DNA of 40,801 nucleotides from an uncultured bacterium (GTDB taxonomy: Bacteria; AUK180), in contig CALMGJ010000028.1 of the NCBI GenBank assembly GCA_937863565.1, positions 1-40,801 of the forward strand, given 5' to 3'. The notes below the pieces were generated by a model. That model saw only the letters and a program-made list of their open reading frames with translations. It was not told the origin of the DNA and did no database searches. How positions within the stretch are numbered: the first letter of the stretch is position 1; the number at the start of each line of letters is the position of its first letter. The translations under genes and the position numbers were made by a program. Shown here in pieces: positions 29,411 through 38,241 of this stretch.

Positions 29411-30777
29411 TTGTTCCTTCCCGAATCCTTGCCCTCATAAAGCGCCTGATCGGCCGCTGTAATAAGCATGTTCATCGTGTAATTCTCCTTGTTCAATTCG
29501 GCGATACCGATAGTGACGGACATGTTCAGTGATTTATTTTTGACATAGAACGGAGTTTCCAGGACCTCTGAGCGTATCCTCTCCCCCACAATGAATGCAC
29601 CCTGTTCATTCGTATCGGGGAGTATGATCACGAATTCTTCTCCCCCGTAGCGGAAAACATTATCGGAGATCCTTATCAGTTTTTTCAGCAATGAAGCCAG
29701 TTGAACGAGCACCTTATCGCCTTCGACATGCCCGTAGGTGTCATTGACGTTCTTAAAATGATCCAGATCGATGAGCATGATGGAAAGTCCGAAATCGCGC
29801 TGGGTGCTTATAAAATGCTGCAGGCGGGTCTCGAATTCCTTTTTATTGTACAGCTGGGTCAATTCATCCATCACGATGATCTTGCCGAGCTGTTCGAATG
29901 TGTTCATAAGCGAAATATTGATGGAGGCGAAATGAACGATCGTCTGGATGACCTTGACCGTATGGTAATCGAACTCCGCGGTCCTTTCCAGGTCCCACTT
30001 GAAAAGGCCGAAGATCTCGTTGTTGCTTATGATCGGGAATACGATCGTGGAGCGCATATCCTTTATGCCGTCCACGAAAGTGTATCTGTAATCATTTTCG
30101 ATATTGTTTATGAAAATGGTCTTCCGCGTTTTCAGAACGTCCTTGAGGATGCCCGATGTGAAATTGAAGTTCTTAACGTCCTTGAGCTTTGCACAGGGGT
30201 TCACCGCAACCTTCCACTTCTTTTCTTCGTTCACCAGAACGTAACCGTATCCCTCCTTGAGGATGTTCTCTGTGCTTCCGACGAGCATCTCAAGCGTTTC
30301 CTTTATCGTTTTACTCTCGTTGAAGCGGAGCAGCGAATCCACAAGGAACCTGTAATTCTCCTTTTTCTTGTCGCTGTAATGAAGGTCATTGAAATCCTTT
30401 TTCATCTTTGAGAAACGGATATTGTAGGATTCCTCTTCCTTGTTGAGCGCGGTTATAAGAGTGCGTTCCGCTGTCCAGTCAACACTTTTTTTATAGAGCA
30501 GAAAAGCAAAGGCCGCAACGGCTGAAACGGGATAAAGCCATGAGCCGCCGCCGTGTTTCACGGCATAAATAATTAATGCGGCCACAAGAACGGCCGGAAG
30601 GAGAAGATTGGTCTCCGCGTCCTTACCCGAAAGCAGAAGCGCGATGCAGATAAGTGTTTCAACCGCATAAAAGGCCGGAAAGAACGGTCTATACAGCAGG
30701 AAGGCGGCCAAAAAACATACGGTGAGGATGCCGCTCAGAATGCGGAAAGTCCTGTCATTCAACCAGATCGGCCTCAT
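29377..30777 (-). CDS. membrane GAF + GGDEF diguanylate cyclase
   Basis: N-terminal TMs, a GAF-like region, DELTQLYN, IDLDHFKNVNDTYGH, RxxD I-site (RISD) and GGEEF. Confidence 0.9.
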   Translation of the reverse strand: MRPIWLNDRTFRILSGILTVCFLAAFLLYRPFFPAFYAVETLICIALLLSGKDAETNLLLPAVLVAALIIYAVKHGGGSWLYPVSAVAAFAFLLYKKSVDWTAERTLITALNKEEESYNIRFSKMKKDFNDLHYSDKKKENYRFLVDSLLRFNESKTIKETLEMLVGSTENILKEGYGYVLVNEEKKWKVAVNPCAKLKDVKNFNFTSGILKDVLKTRKTIFINNIENDYRYTFVDGIKDMRSTIVFPIISNNEIFGLFKWDLERTAEFDYHTVKVIQTIVHFASINISLMNTFEQLGKIIVMDELTQLYNKKEFETRLQHFISTQRDFGLSIMLIDLDHFKNVNDTYGHVEGDKVLVQLASLLKKLIRISDNVFRYGGEEFVIILPDTNEQGAFIVGERIRSEVLETPFYVKNKSLNMSVTIGIAELNKENYTMNMLITAADQALYEGKDSGRNKCVLHSKIKKR

Positions 30778-32296
30778 GAACGTTAAGATATTTATATTTT
30801 CTCACCCTGCCGTCAGCATCTTTATATATCTTCACGTTGAACTTATTGAAAGAACATTCCGTCAGCATTTCCGCATGGCCCTCGAAATTGACGTTCACGG
30901 CATTTCCGCAGCGTTCATTGATCGCAGACGGGAAAGGGAACATGGGTTGCATGACCCTGAATTTATAAGACTCTTCGTTTGCGTCGAAATCAATGCCTTT
31001 GTCCTGGCCGGAAGAATTGATATAGATGAACTTGTTCTTTTTGGTGAAATTATACCCGAACACCCTCTTCAGGGCATTGTAGAGATCAGGGAAGAAGATA
31101 TCGACTTTTTTGCTGGTATCGCCCTGCTCCTTCGTCCATATATTGAGATAGGGGAACAGCATGACCTTTTTCACCCTTTTAAGCTCATGTACTTTCTTGC
31201 GTGAAGTTGAATAACTGATAATGGAGAGGATCGGGTTCTCCTCATTGATCACTACGGGATTATCCTTGTTGTTCGCGAAATCGATGTTCAGCGAAGTAGT
31301 GGTAAGAGCATCCCTCTCGTTCAAGGCGGTAATGTCCCAGCGTATGATCTCCTTTTCAGCATTGAACACGATATTGGAGTAGATATTGAGAACGCTGGCC
31401 GATCTCACATCGAATTCTTCGTAAAGCGTTCGAATGAGCCCGCATGTCACGTATCCTGAAAGCAGGGCCGGAACGACGACGGTGACCGAACGCCCCTTGA
31501 TGTTCTCCTTGCTGATGGCGCTGGAATAATATTTGAATTCCTCCATAGGGAATCCTGAAAGATCGATCCCGAATTCGGGATAGGCGATCTTGAACCTTCT
31601 CTCGTTCACGGCGATCGGGTTTCCCGAAGTATCGCTTATCGTGAACAGAGCGCTGTATTCCCCCGCATCATAATTAGCGGATCTTAAAAAAGGCGTGATG
31701 AACGCGGCCGGGCCGGAAAGTGCAACCGTGCTCTGCTTTATTTCATAGATACCTTCGCCGGTTCCGTTCTTCAGTGCGAAACTCCAGGCGATCACGCTTT
31801 CCGGGCCGGAATAAACGGTCTTGAAAGCGAATTCTTCGCCGAACAGCAAAACCCCCGAAGGCAGGCGGTCGTCCTCGGCTCTGTTCACAAGCACATTGTC
31901 GGCGAACGGGCCTTTGCCGATGCTGAAAGGCAGTTCCTTCTCTATCTTCTGTCCGGTGGAGAGGTTCTCGGCTGTCGCTTTAAGCGTATACTCTCCGGGT
32001 TTGATATCCCCCCACTGGTAAGCATCGAAATATTTTATTCCCTTTGCATTGAGTTCACCGGCCTTGAATTCGCGGTAATCCTTCTTTCTGTAAAGGATCT
32101 TTCCCTCCGCCCCGGTTACGGTGAAATCTATCCGTATCCTGAACATATCGGAAGGTTCGAATTCGGAGAATGATATCCTGGCATAGTATTCGGCGTATGT
32201 GCCGTATTCATTCGTGTTCTTGTAAACGGCGGGTTCGAAGAAAGAGAACGCCGATGACGACAGCAAGATCGCTAAGACCGCATTAATCCATTTCAT
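30755..32296 (-). CDS. secreted hypothetical protein with N-terminal Ig-like beta-sandwich domains
   Basis: Signal peptide MKWINAVLAILLSSSAFS. IKPGEYTLKATAENL and YDAGEYSALFTISD strands resemble the accessory domains of GWxTD proteins. GGAG SD. Confidence 0.55.
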   Translation of the reverse strand: MKWINAVLAILLSSSAFSFFEPAVYKNTNEYGTYAEYYARISFSEFEPSDMFRIRIDFTVTGAEGKILYRKKDYREFKAGELNAKGIKYFDAYQWGDIKPGEYTLKATAENLSTGQKIEKELPFSIGKGPFADNVLVNRAEDDRLPSGVLLFGEEFAFKTVYSGPESVIAWSFALKNGTGEGIYEIKQSTVALSGPAAFITPFLRSANYDAGEYSALFTISDTSGNPIAVNERRFKIAYPEFGIDLSGFPMEEFKYYSSAISKENIKGRSVTVVVPALLSGYVTCGLIRTLYEEFDVRSASVLNIYSNIVFNAEKEIIRWDITALNERDALTTTSLNIDFANNKDNPVVINEENPILSIISYSTSRKKVHELKRVKKVMLFPYLNIWTKEQGDTSKKVDIFFPDLYNALKRVFGYNFTKKNKFIYINSSGQDKGIDFDANEESYKFRVMQPMFPFPSAINERCGNAVNVNFEGHAEMLTECSFNKFNVKIYKDADGRVRKYKYLNVHEADLVE

Positions 32297-32897
32297 GTTG
32301 TTTTCTCCATTCAATGACCTCCTTCATGCTTCTTTGCCTGAAACCCGGCCCCGTGATGTTCGGGAGAGTGTCATAATTGGGAATGATCTGATAATTCCCC
32401 GTTCCCCTTTCATCCTTGAAGGCCACTTTGAACATCTTGGGGAAATCATATTCCCATACGACGACCTCCTCGTATTCCTCCCTTGATATCTCCGCAGGAT
32501 TCCTTACGATGTCGATAGGCGGGCCGTATTTGATGTATATTCTTCCAAGCGCGCTTTTCTCTCCGGAGGTGCGCATGTATTTAAATTTAAGTTTGGCATA
32601 ACTGAAGCGTTTCTGTACTTCAACGTAAAAAGAGTTCCTTTCCGTTCCGAGATCCGTATCGTACATGCTCCAGAAAATGTTCATATAGTTGCTTCTTTCT
32701 TCGGCGGTCTCAAGAAGAAGGTAGCCCCTTGATTCCTTCGAAGTCCCGAAAATAGTCAGCAGGAAATACTGTTTCTGCTCCTCCTCGGATAACAGTTTTT
32801 TGTTCTTGCCCGCAAGAAGCCCGCTTTTTATCGCGGAACATCCCGATACGAGCATCGATAGCATTATCAAAAGACAAATGTTCCAGGACTGCCTCAT
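32283..32897 (-). CDS. GWxTD-domain lipoprotein (namesake motif degenerate)
   Basis: Lipobox LVSGC, and FW..YD.D..TERN.F..E..KRFSYA...F...G....GRIYIKYGPP...VWEY. Confidence 0.75.
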   Translation of the reverse strand: MRQSWNICLLIMLSMLVSGCSAIKSGLLAGKNKKLLSEEEQKQYFLLTIFGTSKESRGYLLLETAEERSNYMNIFWSMYDTDLGTERNSFYVEVQKRFSYAKLKFKYMRTSGEKSALGRIYIKYGPPIDIVRNPAEISREEYEEVVVWEYDFPKMFKVAFKDERGTGNYQIIPNYDTLPNITGPGFRQRSMKEVIEWRKQHEMD

Positions 32898-33565
32898 TTC
32901 TTTCTCCTCAGCACAAGCGTGAACTCACCTTTGACCGTAATATCCTCTTCCCGCAGCGCACTTGTTTCGAAGACCTTTATCTCTTCGTGTACCTTCGTCA
33001 ATTCACGGCATACTGCGATCCGTGAAACGGGAAAGGCGTCCTTGAGAAATAGAAGCGTTTTCAATATGCGGTGAGGTGATTCGTAAAATATCCCTGTAAT
33101 ATCGTTCTCCTTTAACAGTTCCATGTATGAGGCCCTTTTCGAAGCCTTCTGAGGAAAGAAACCACCGAAAAGGAAGGCATCCGTTCCGAAGCCTGATTTC
33201 AGAAGAGCGTCCAGAAATGCCGTCTGCCCGTGTATCACTTTCACTTTGATCCCCTTTTCGCATGCGGCGGACAGGATGCGGTATCCGGGATCCGCTATGC
33301 CCGGCATGCCGGCGTCCGAGACAATGCCTATCCTCTTGCCTTCCAGAACATGTTTAATGGCCGTTTCAGACATTTTCTTCTCGTTCTCTTCCCTGTATGA
33401 GATAAGCATTTTTCCCTTTATCCCGAATCTCGAGAGGATGTTCATAGTCGTTCTCGTATCCTCGCAGAACAGTTCATCGCATTCCCTGATCGCGTCGACC
33501 GCATTGGAAGAGATATCTGAAAGGCTCCCTATAGGGGTCGCGATCACATATATCATCTCATCCAT
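32894..33565 (-). CDS. rsmI: 16S rRNA (C1402) 2'-O-methyltransferase
   Basis: IYVIATPIG, CEDTR, VSDAGMPGIADPG, FYESPHR, CRELTKVHEE, KGEFTLV. Confidence 0.93.
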   Translation of the reverse strand: MDEMIYVIATPIGSLSDISSNAVDAIRECDELFCEDTRTTMNILSRFGIKGKMLISYREENEKKMSETAIKHVLEGKRIGIVSDAGMPGIADPGYRILSAACEKGIKVKVIHGQTAFLDALLKSGFGTDAFLFGGFFPQKASKRASYMELLKENDITGIFYESPHRILKTLLFLKDAFPVSRIAVCRELTKVHEEIKVFETSALREEDITVKGEFTLVLRRKK

Positions 33566-34406
33566 AGATCTTCCCCAGGGATGCGGGCGGAGAGGCTTTT
33601 TTGAAGATGCCCATAAGGAAAAGCAAAGTAACGAGATATGGCAGCATCGAAATGATCTGGTTCGGGATAAGCGAACCCTGAAAGAATATCCCGAGCCATT
33701 CGAATGAGGCGAATATGATAACACCCATTGTAACGGATAAAGGCTTCCAGTTCCCGAAGATGACCGCGGCAAGCGCGATATATCCCCGGCCTGCGGAAAT
33801 ATCCTTCACGAAACTGCCCGATTGAAGAACGAGGAAAGCTCCGCCCAGGCCGGTTAGAAATCCCGAGGCGACCAGCCCCCATGCCTTATATCTCCCGGTC
33901 CTTACTCCCGCCACTCTGGCTTCAAGCGGATTCTCGCCTACGCTCCTGTACCTCAAACCGATGCCCGTTCCGTGAAGGAAAACAGAAACGAGAACAAGTG
34001 TCATGATGAAAAGGACAAAGAACAGATACACGGGATGTCCGGAATACGGGATATGGAAAGAACGTTCTTCATTAAAAAGGACAGATGTAAGATAGACCGT
34101 GAGTCCCGAAGTGAATATATTCAGGCCGAGACCGCTTATGATATGATTGATCCTGAGTTCCGTTGTAAAAAGAAAGTGCAGGAAACCCCACAGAGCCGAC
34201 GCGCTGCATGCGGTAAGCACCGCTAAAAGCGGCGAGCGGGTAAAATGGAACACGATGCCGCAAATGAAAGCGCTTATGAGAAGAAAGGACTCAAGGGCAA
34301 GATTTATGATGCCTGCCTTTTCCGAAAGAACCCCTCCCATGGCTGCGAAATAAAGAGGGATAAAAGGAGTAAGTATCAGGGTTGCCGTCTTTATGAGATT
34401 CATCAT
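33558..34406 (-). CDS. ABC transporter permease (BPD_transp_2, nucleoside/sugar type)
   Basis: GGVLSEKAGIINLALE, GLRYRSVGENP, AGRGYIALAAVIFGNWKP, LPYLVTL. The start may be the second ATG (34403). Confidence 0.88.
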   Translation of the reverse strand: MMNLIKTATLILTPFIPLYFAAMGGVLSEKAGIINLALESFLLISAFICGIVFHFTRSPLLAVLTACSASALWGFLHFLFTTELRINHIISGLGLNIFTSGLTVYLTSVLFNEERSFHIPYSGHPVYLFFVLFIMTLVLVSVFLHGTGIGLRYRSVGENPLEARVAGVRTGRYKAWGLVASGFLTGLGGAFLVLQSGSFVKDISAGRGYIALAAVIFGNWKPLSVTMGVIIFASFEWLGIFFQGSLIPNQIISMLPYLVTLLFLMGIFKKASPPASLGKIYG

Positions 34407-34409
34407 AGT

Positions 34410-34437
34410 ATTTTAGCATTTTTTTTGTTTTTTTCAA
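34410..34437 (-). promoter_or_regulatory. promoter of the permease-rsmI-GWxTD-DGC operon, probably leaderless
   Basis: Minus strand: TTGAAA, 16-nt spacer, TGcTAAAAT, then ACT-ATG-ATG with no SD. Confidence 0.65.
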
Positions 34438-34453
34438 TAATTTATGGTATATT
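34425..34453 (+). promoter_or_regulatory. divergent promoter for the exported-protein cluster
   Basis: TTGTTT, 17-nt spacer, TGgTATATT; GGAGG SD downstream, before the ATG at 34472. Confidence 0.5.
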
Positions 34454-34471
34454 TAATTTATGGAGGGCAAA

Positions 34472-35230
34472 ATGAAAAAATTCCTTCTGACGGTCGTACT
34501 GGGGCTTCTTCTTAGCCCTGTTTTATCGAAAAACATCGAGGAAGTTGCTAAGGAATTGCTTACCGCTTACAGGAACAGGAACATCGCCGGCGTTAAAGAA
34601 CATATGGCGGCGATGCTTGCCTCGGCCGTCGACGCGAAGTTCTTCGAAGAAAAGGACGTGAAAGAGTTCGTCGAAAGTTTGAAGACATGGGACGGAAAGA
34701 TAAGAGAGGTCCGCTATTTCTCCGAGAAGATCGGCCTCTTTGCAGCCGTTTACTATGATGAGACCGGGGAAAAGGAAAAGATCCGCGTCATATATCTTAA
34801 TAAATACAAGGATGTTTGGAAACAGGCGCTCGGCGGACCGAAGATCATAGCTAAAGAAGAATTCCTGACTTACGGTAAAACGGAGGACAGCGCAGGGAAA
34901 ACGGTGAAGGGCGATCCTGATGCATCCAATAAAGGATTCTCATTCGAGAATGCCGAAGGCCGGACCGGGAAAGATATAAGCGTGAACACCCTTAAAAAGG
35001 AATTGAAGGCCTTGAGCGACGATAATTTCTTTCTGACATTGAATGGTCCCGAAGGCTTCATTCAGGCATCATATTCCGAAAAGGGTCTTGAAGTGCAGTA
35101 CAAGGACGCCGGAGGGCAGTTCACATCCTCTTCCCTGCTCGATGCCACCGCGGCAGAATCCGTTTTCGTTTCATATATACTGAAAGAGAGCGGATGGAAG
35201 GAAAAATGCGGCTGGAAACCTTTTGAATAA
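34472..35230 (+). CDS. secreted two-domain hypothetical protein
   Basis: GGAGG SD, signal peptide MKKFLLTVVLGLLLSPVLS, and a long ORF with plausible composition. Confidence 0.75.
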   Translation: MKKFLLTVVLGLLLSPVLSKNIEEVAKELLTAYRNRNIAGVKEHMAAMLASAVDAKFFEEKDVKEFVESLKTWDGKIREVRYFSEKIGLFAAVYYDETGEKEKIRVIYLNKYKDVWKQALGGPKIIAKEEFLTYGKTEDSAGKTVKGDPDASNKGFSFENAEGRTGKDISVNTLKKELKALSDDNFFLTLNGPEGFIQASYSEKGLEVQYKDAGGQFTSSSLLDATAAESVFVSYILKESGWKEKCGWKPFE

Positions 35231-35239
35231 AGATATTCC

Positions 35240-36058
35240 TTGAAAATTCCGAAAGCGGCTTATATATTTCTCCCCTTTCTCATGTTCGGCTGTTACGGCG
35301 ACATAGAGCTTCTTTACGAGACCGTCCCTGCGGCAACGGTCAGCGCCGACGGCACAAAGGCGGCATGTTTTACATTCGTCCATATCTGCAGACCGGCGAA
35401 AGGTATCGCCGCATTCCCGGATGGTGGGATACCGGAAACGCTTTACAGGAACGCCTGTTTGAACATCCTCGATCTCCGTTCCGGCGAATTGACGCGGATC
35501 TTCGATCTCGGAGACCTGAGATGCAACCGGTCTTGGATAAAGGAATTCTATTTTTCAGGTGACTTGCTTGTTTTCATATTTAACCCTCCCGGAGGTTGGG
35601 AGGCAGAGCTGAAATGGAAGAGAATAGATGCCGGGCAAGTGAAAGCGCTGGAACATGGGTTCATCTACCGGATCGGAGAGGATTCATTGAAGCAGGCGGA
35701 TGCGGAGTCTCTTCCTTCTTCCAATGAGAACAGTCTCACGCCCGCAGAATTCAAAGAACATTTTTCCCGCATCTGCTGGAAAGACCGAGGCATAGATATC
35801 GGTAAATATTGCCCCGGGAGTAAAAAGAAGAGGATGAACCAAATATCAGGTCTTTACGGCAATATTGAGTACAGGGATGCTCTGACGGAGCTGCTCGCCC
35901 CTGAACTCACCGCGGCGGAGATCGAACATCTCATTGAAAGAACGGAGAAACTCTGGGCGGGGCGAGCGGAAAGATCGGCAAAGGACGCGATCAAGAACTT
36001 TACCGGCGTACCTCCCCTTCTTGAAAAGCTCCGAAGCATTCAAAAGGAGAAAAAATGA
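35240..36058 (+). CDS. hypothetical lipoprotein
   Basis: TTG start, lipobox-like LMFGC, and a stop overlapping the next ATG (ATGA). Confidence 0.65.
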   Translation: MKIPKAAYIFLPFLMFGCYGDIELLYETVPAATVSADGTKAACFTFVHICRPAKGIAAFPDGGIPETLYRNACLNILDLRSGELTRIFDLGDLRCNRSWIKEFYFSGDLLVFIFNPPGGWEAELKWKRIDAGQVKALEHGFIYRIGEDSLKQADAESLPSSNENSLTPAEFKEHFSRICWKDRGIDIGKYCPGSKKKRMNQISGLYGNIEYRDALTELLAPELTAAEIEHLIERTEKLWAGRAERSAKDAIKNFTGVPPLLEKLRSIQKEKK

Positions 36059-37098
36059 TCATCTTCTTTATCATCGCTCTTATAATGTTCTCATGCGGCG
36101 CGTCGGCGAATAGAGTCGATGAGGTCATGCTTGCCGATGGAGGCATTTACCGTTATCACGTAACTTCCGTGCTCCCGTCCAAAGAAGATTCAAAGGAGAG
36201 CGAGGATGATTATGAGGTGAATATCGTAAGGAAATACGGCGGACAGAACCTGTTTGACGGAGATCTCGCCACAGCTTGGGTGGAAGGGTCGGAAGGACCG
36301 GGGTTCGGAGAAGCCGTTTTTATCGCCGTTCCCGATGATATCAGAATATTCAACATCTTTCCCGGGTACGGTAAGACCGGATCCGTCTGGAAGAAGAACA
36401 ACAGGATCAAGAAGATCCGCATATCGCTCTTCTCCGGGATCAGTCCCGAAGGATACATAACGGAGATCGATCATGTTTATATCATGTATCCCCTCGGCAT
36501 CTCCGCTGAGATAGACCTCCGCGATGAATTCGCATTACAGACAGTCGTTCTGCCCTTTTCGGAAGAAGATGTCGCAGCACGAAGCAGAGAAGCTGTGTTA
36601 AGGTCGGAGGCGGAGCACGGGAAAGCGGTCAGTTATGCCGGGACCGTTGCAAAGATAGAGATACTCGAAGTATATAAAGGCGAGAAATTCGACGATACAT
36701 GCATAAGCGAAATATTTTTTAACGGCGCTTTCACTGCCGTTAACAAGACCCTCTACAGCGGCATTGAAACCGTCTATGTCAAAAGCGGGGATGACGGGAC
36801 GGTGCTTATCGATACGAAAGATAAAAAAGGCATTGTGGTGATGGAAGACCGTTCGGCTGTTTTCCAGATTGCGGAGATCTCGGCGGATAAAGTATGGGCA
36901 AGTATGATCAAGATGCCCGCGGCGGCCGGAGAAGGGCGGGTAGAGACGGAGTACCTTCTTATGAACATTCCCGAGGGCAGGATAATGAACGGGGATGTTC
37001 TGAAAACCAACGGGATCCAACTATTCAGTTTTACTTTTCTCACGGCGGACGGCCGTTTATATCTCGATCACGGCAACGGGAAGATAATCCTGTACTGA
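36055..37098 (+). CDS. lipoprotein with NADase-type glycan-binding (discoidin-like) domain
   Basis: IMFSC lipobox-like, and NLFDGDLATAWVEG, GYGK...KNNRIKKI, ILEVYKGEKFDDTCISEIFF. Confidence 0.7.
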   Translation: MIIFFIIALIMFSCGASANRVDEVMLADGGIYRYHVTSVLPSKEDSKESEDDYEVNIVRKYGGQNLFDGDLATAWVEGSEGPGFGEAVFIAVPDDIRIFNIFPGYGKTGSVWKKNNRIKKIRISLFSGISPEGYITEIDHVYIMYPLGISAEIDLRDEFALQTVVLPFSEEDVAARSREAVLRSEAEHGKAVSYAGTVAKIEILEVYKGEKFDDTCISEIFFNGAFTAVNKTLYSGIETVYVKSGDDGTVLIDTKDKKGIVVMEDRSAVFQIAEISADKVWASMIKMPAAAGEGRVETEYLLMNIPEGRIMNGDVLKTNGIQLFSFTFLTADGRLYLDHGNGKIILY

Positions 37099-37123
37099 GA
37101 GCCGAAGTACGACTTATATCCGC

Positions 37124-37152
37124 TTGACTTTTAAACTGATTTCTGTTAACAT
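37124..37152 (+). promoter_or_regulatory. promoter of the porin gene
   Basis: TTGACT, 17-nt spacer, TGtTAACAT; GAGGTG SD before the ATG at 37185. Confidence 0.6.
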
Positions 37153-37184
37153 CAATATTATTTTTAAAGATAGAGGTGCTTGCT

Positions 37185-38186
37185 ATGAAAAAAGTGTTCG
37201 TTATCATTCTCCTTTTTACCGTCATGCTTCTGCCCGGAGCCGTAAAATTCGATTGGGGTTATTTCACCGCCATAGGCCAGTTCCAGTATGCCGTGAAACC
37301 GCCCCACAGCGTGAACACCTTCGACCTGAAACGTTTGAGAGTGCTTACGGGCTCCGAAATACTTCCCGGCAGGATATCGCTTGATATGCAGCTCGAGTTC
37401 AGGACCGCCGGTATCTCGATCAGCGAATCCGAGATCACGGACATAGGTCCTTCCGGCATCAAGAAGATCAACGAGATCAATCTCCTTGACCTTAAAGCCA
37501 CTTTTAAATTGCCGTTCATCACGATCACGGCGGGCCGTTTCATTCTTCCTGTGGATCACTATTCCCCTTCATCCACGGCAAAGCTCGATCTCATCGAATA
37601 TCCTCTTGCAGAAACATTCGCGCCCTGGAGACAGATAGGCGTTCTGGCTAATGCGAAGATCGCTCTTTTCAATGTCTTTGCCTCGATAACGAACGGCGGA
37701 GCGAATACATTCGAGGATACCGATACAGAGAAAGCCTATATGCTGAGACTCGACATCTCCCCTGTGAAAGGTGCAGCGGTCGGGTTCAGCGGCTACAGCG
37801 AGAATAGCGCGGCCGAAGATATTTCAACTTATCTTGGAAGCGGCAGGGCCAATGTATATGCCTGGTATAGAAATGATCTTTTCTTTTTCATCTCACAGCT
37901 GAGTTATTCAGAAAAGGACTCCTATTCAACTGAGATCACGACCGAATACAGCTATTCCTATTTCCTGCATTTATCCGCTTTCATAGGACCTTTCGAAGGT
38001 ATATTGAGATATGAGTTCATGGATAAGAACGCGAACATCAAGGGCGAACTCAGTTCGCGGCTGACATTCGGCCTTAACTTTAAGATGGCGGAAAGGGCCG
38101 TTCTCATGGCCAATTATCTTGTTAACGGAGAGAGCGCAGACACGGACAATGATGTTTTCGCCGTACAATTGCAATTGGTACTGTAA
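37185..38186 (+). CDS. outer-membrane porin (phosphate-selective porin O/P-like)
   Basis: Signal peptide, FDLKRLRV, ITAGRF, RQIGV, ITNGGAN, alternating beta-strand pattern, and C-terminal FAVQLQLVL. Confidence 0.72.
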   Translation: MKKVFVIILLFTVMLLPGAVKFDWGYFTAIGQFQYAVKPPHSVNTFDLKRLRVLTGSEILPGRISLDMQLEFRTAGISISESEITDIGPSGIKKINEINLLDLKATFKLPFITITAGRFILPVDHYSPSSTAKLDLIEYPLAETFAPWRQIGVLANAKIALFNVFASITNGGANTFEDTDTEKAYMLRLDISPVKGAAVGFSGYSENSAAEDISTYLGSGRANVYAWYRNDLFFFISQLSYSEKDSYSTEITTEYSYSYFLHLSAFIGPFEGILRYEFMDKNANIKGELSSRLTFGLNFKMAERAVLMANYLVNGESADTDNDVFAVQLQLVL

Positions 38187-38241
38187 GATCCCAGTATTGT
38201 AAGAAAAATCACTTTATCTTTGAATAAATATTGAATTTTTC

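Noticed and set aside
28553..30777. Canonical CBASS or other known anti-phage system
   Set aside because: The cyclase is a GGDEF enzyme rather than a CD-NTase, the patatin is RssA/NTE-like, and there are no Cap2/Cap3 or other defence genes.
37099..37184. Pho box upstream of the O/P-like porin
   Set aside because: No convincing 11-bp-spaced CTGTCAT-type direct repeats.
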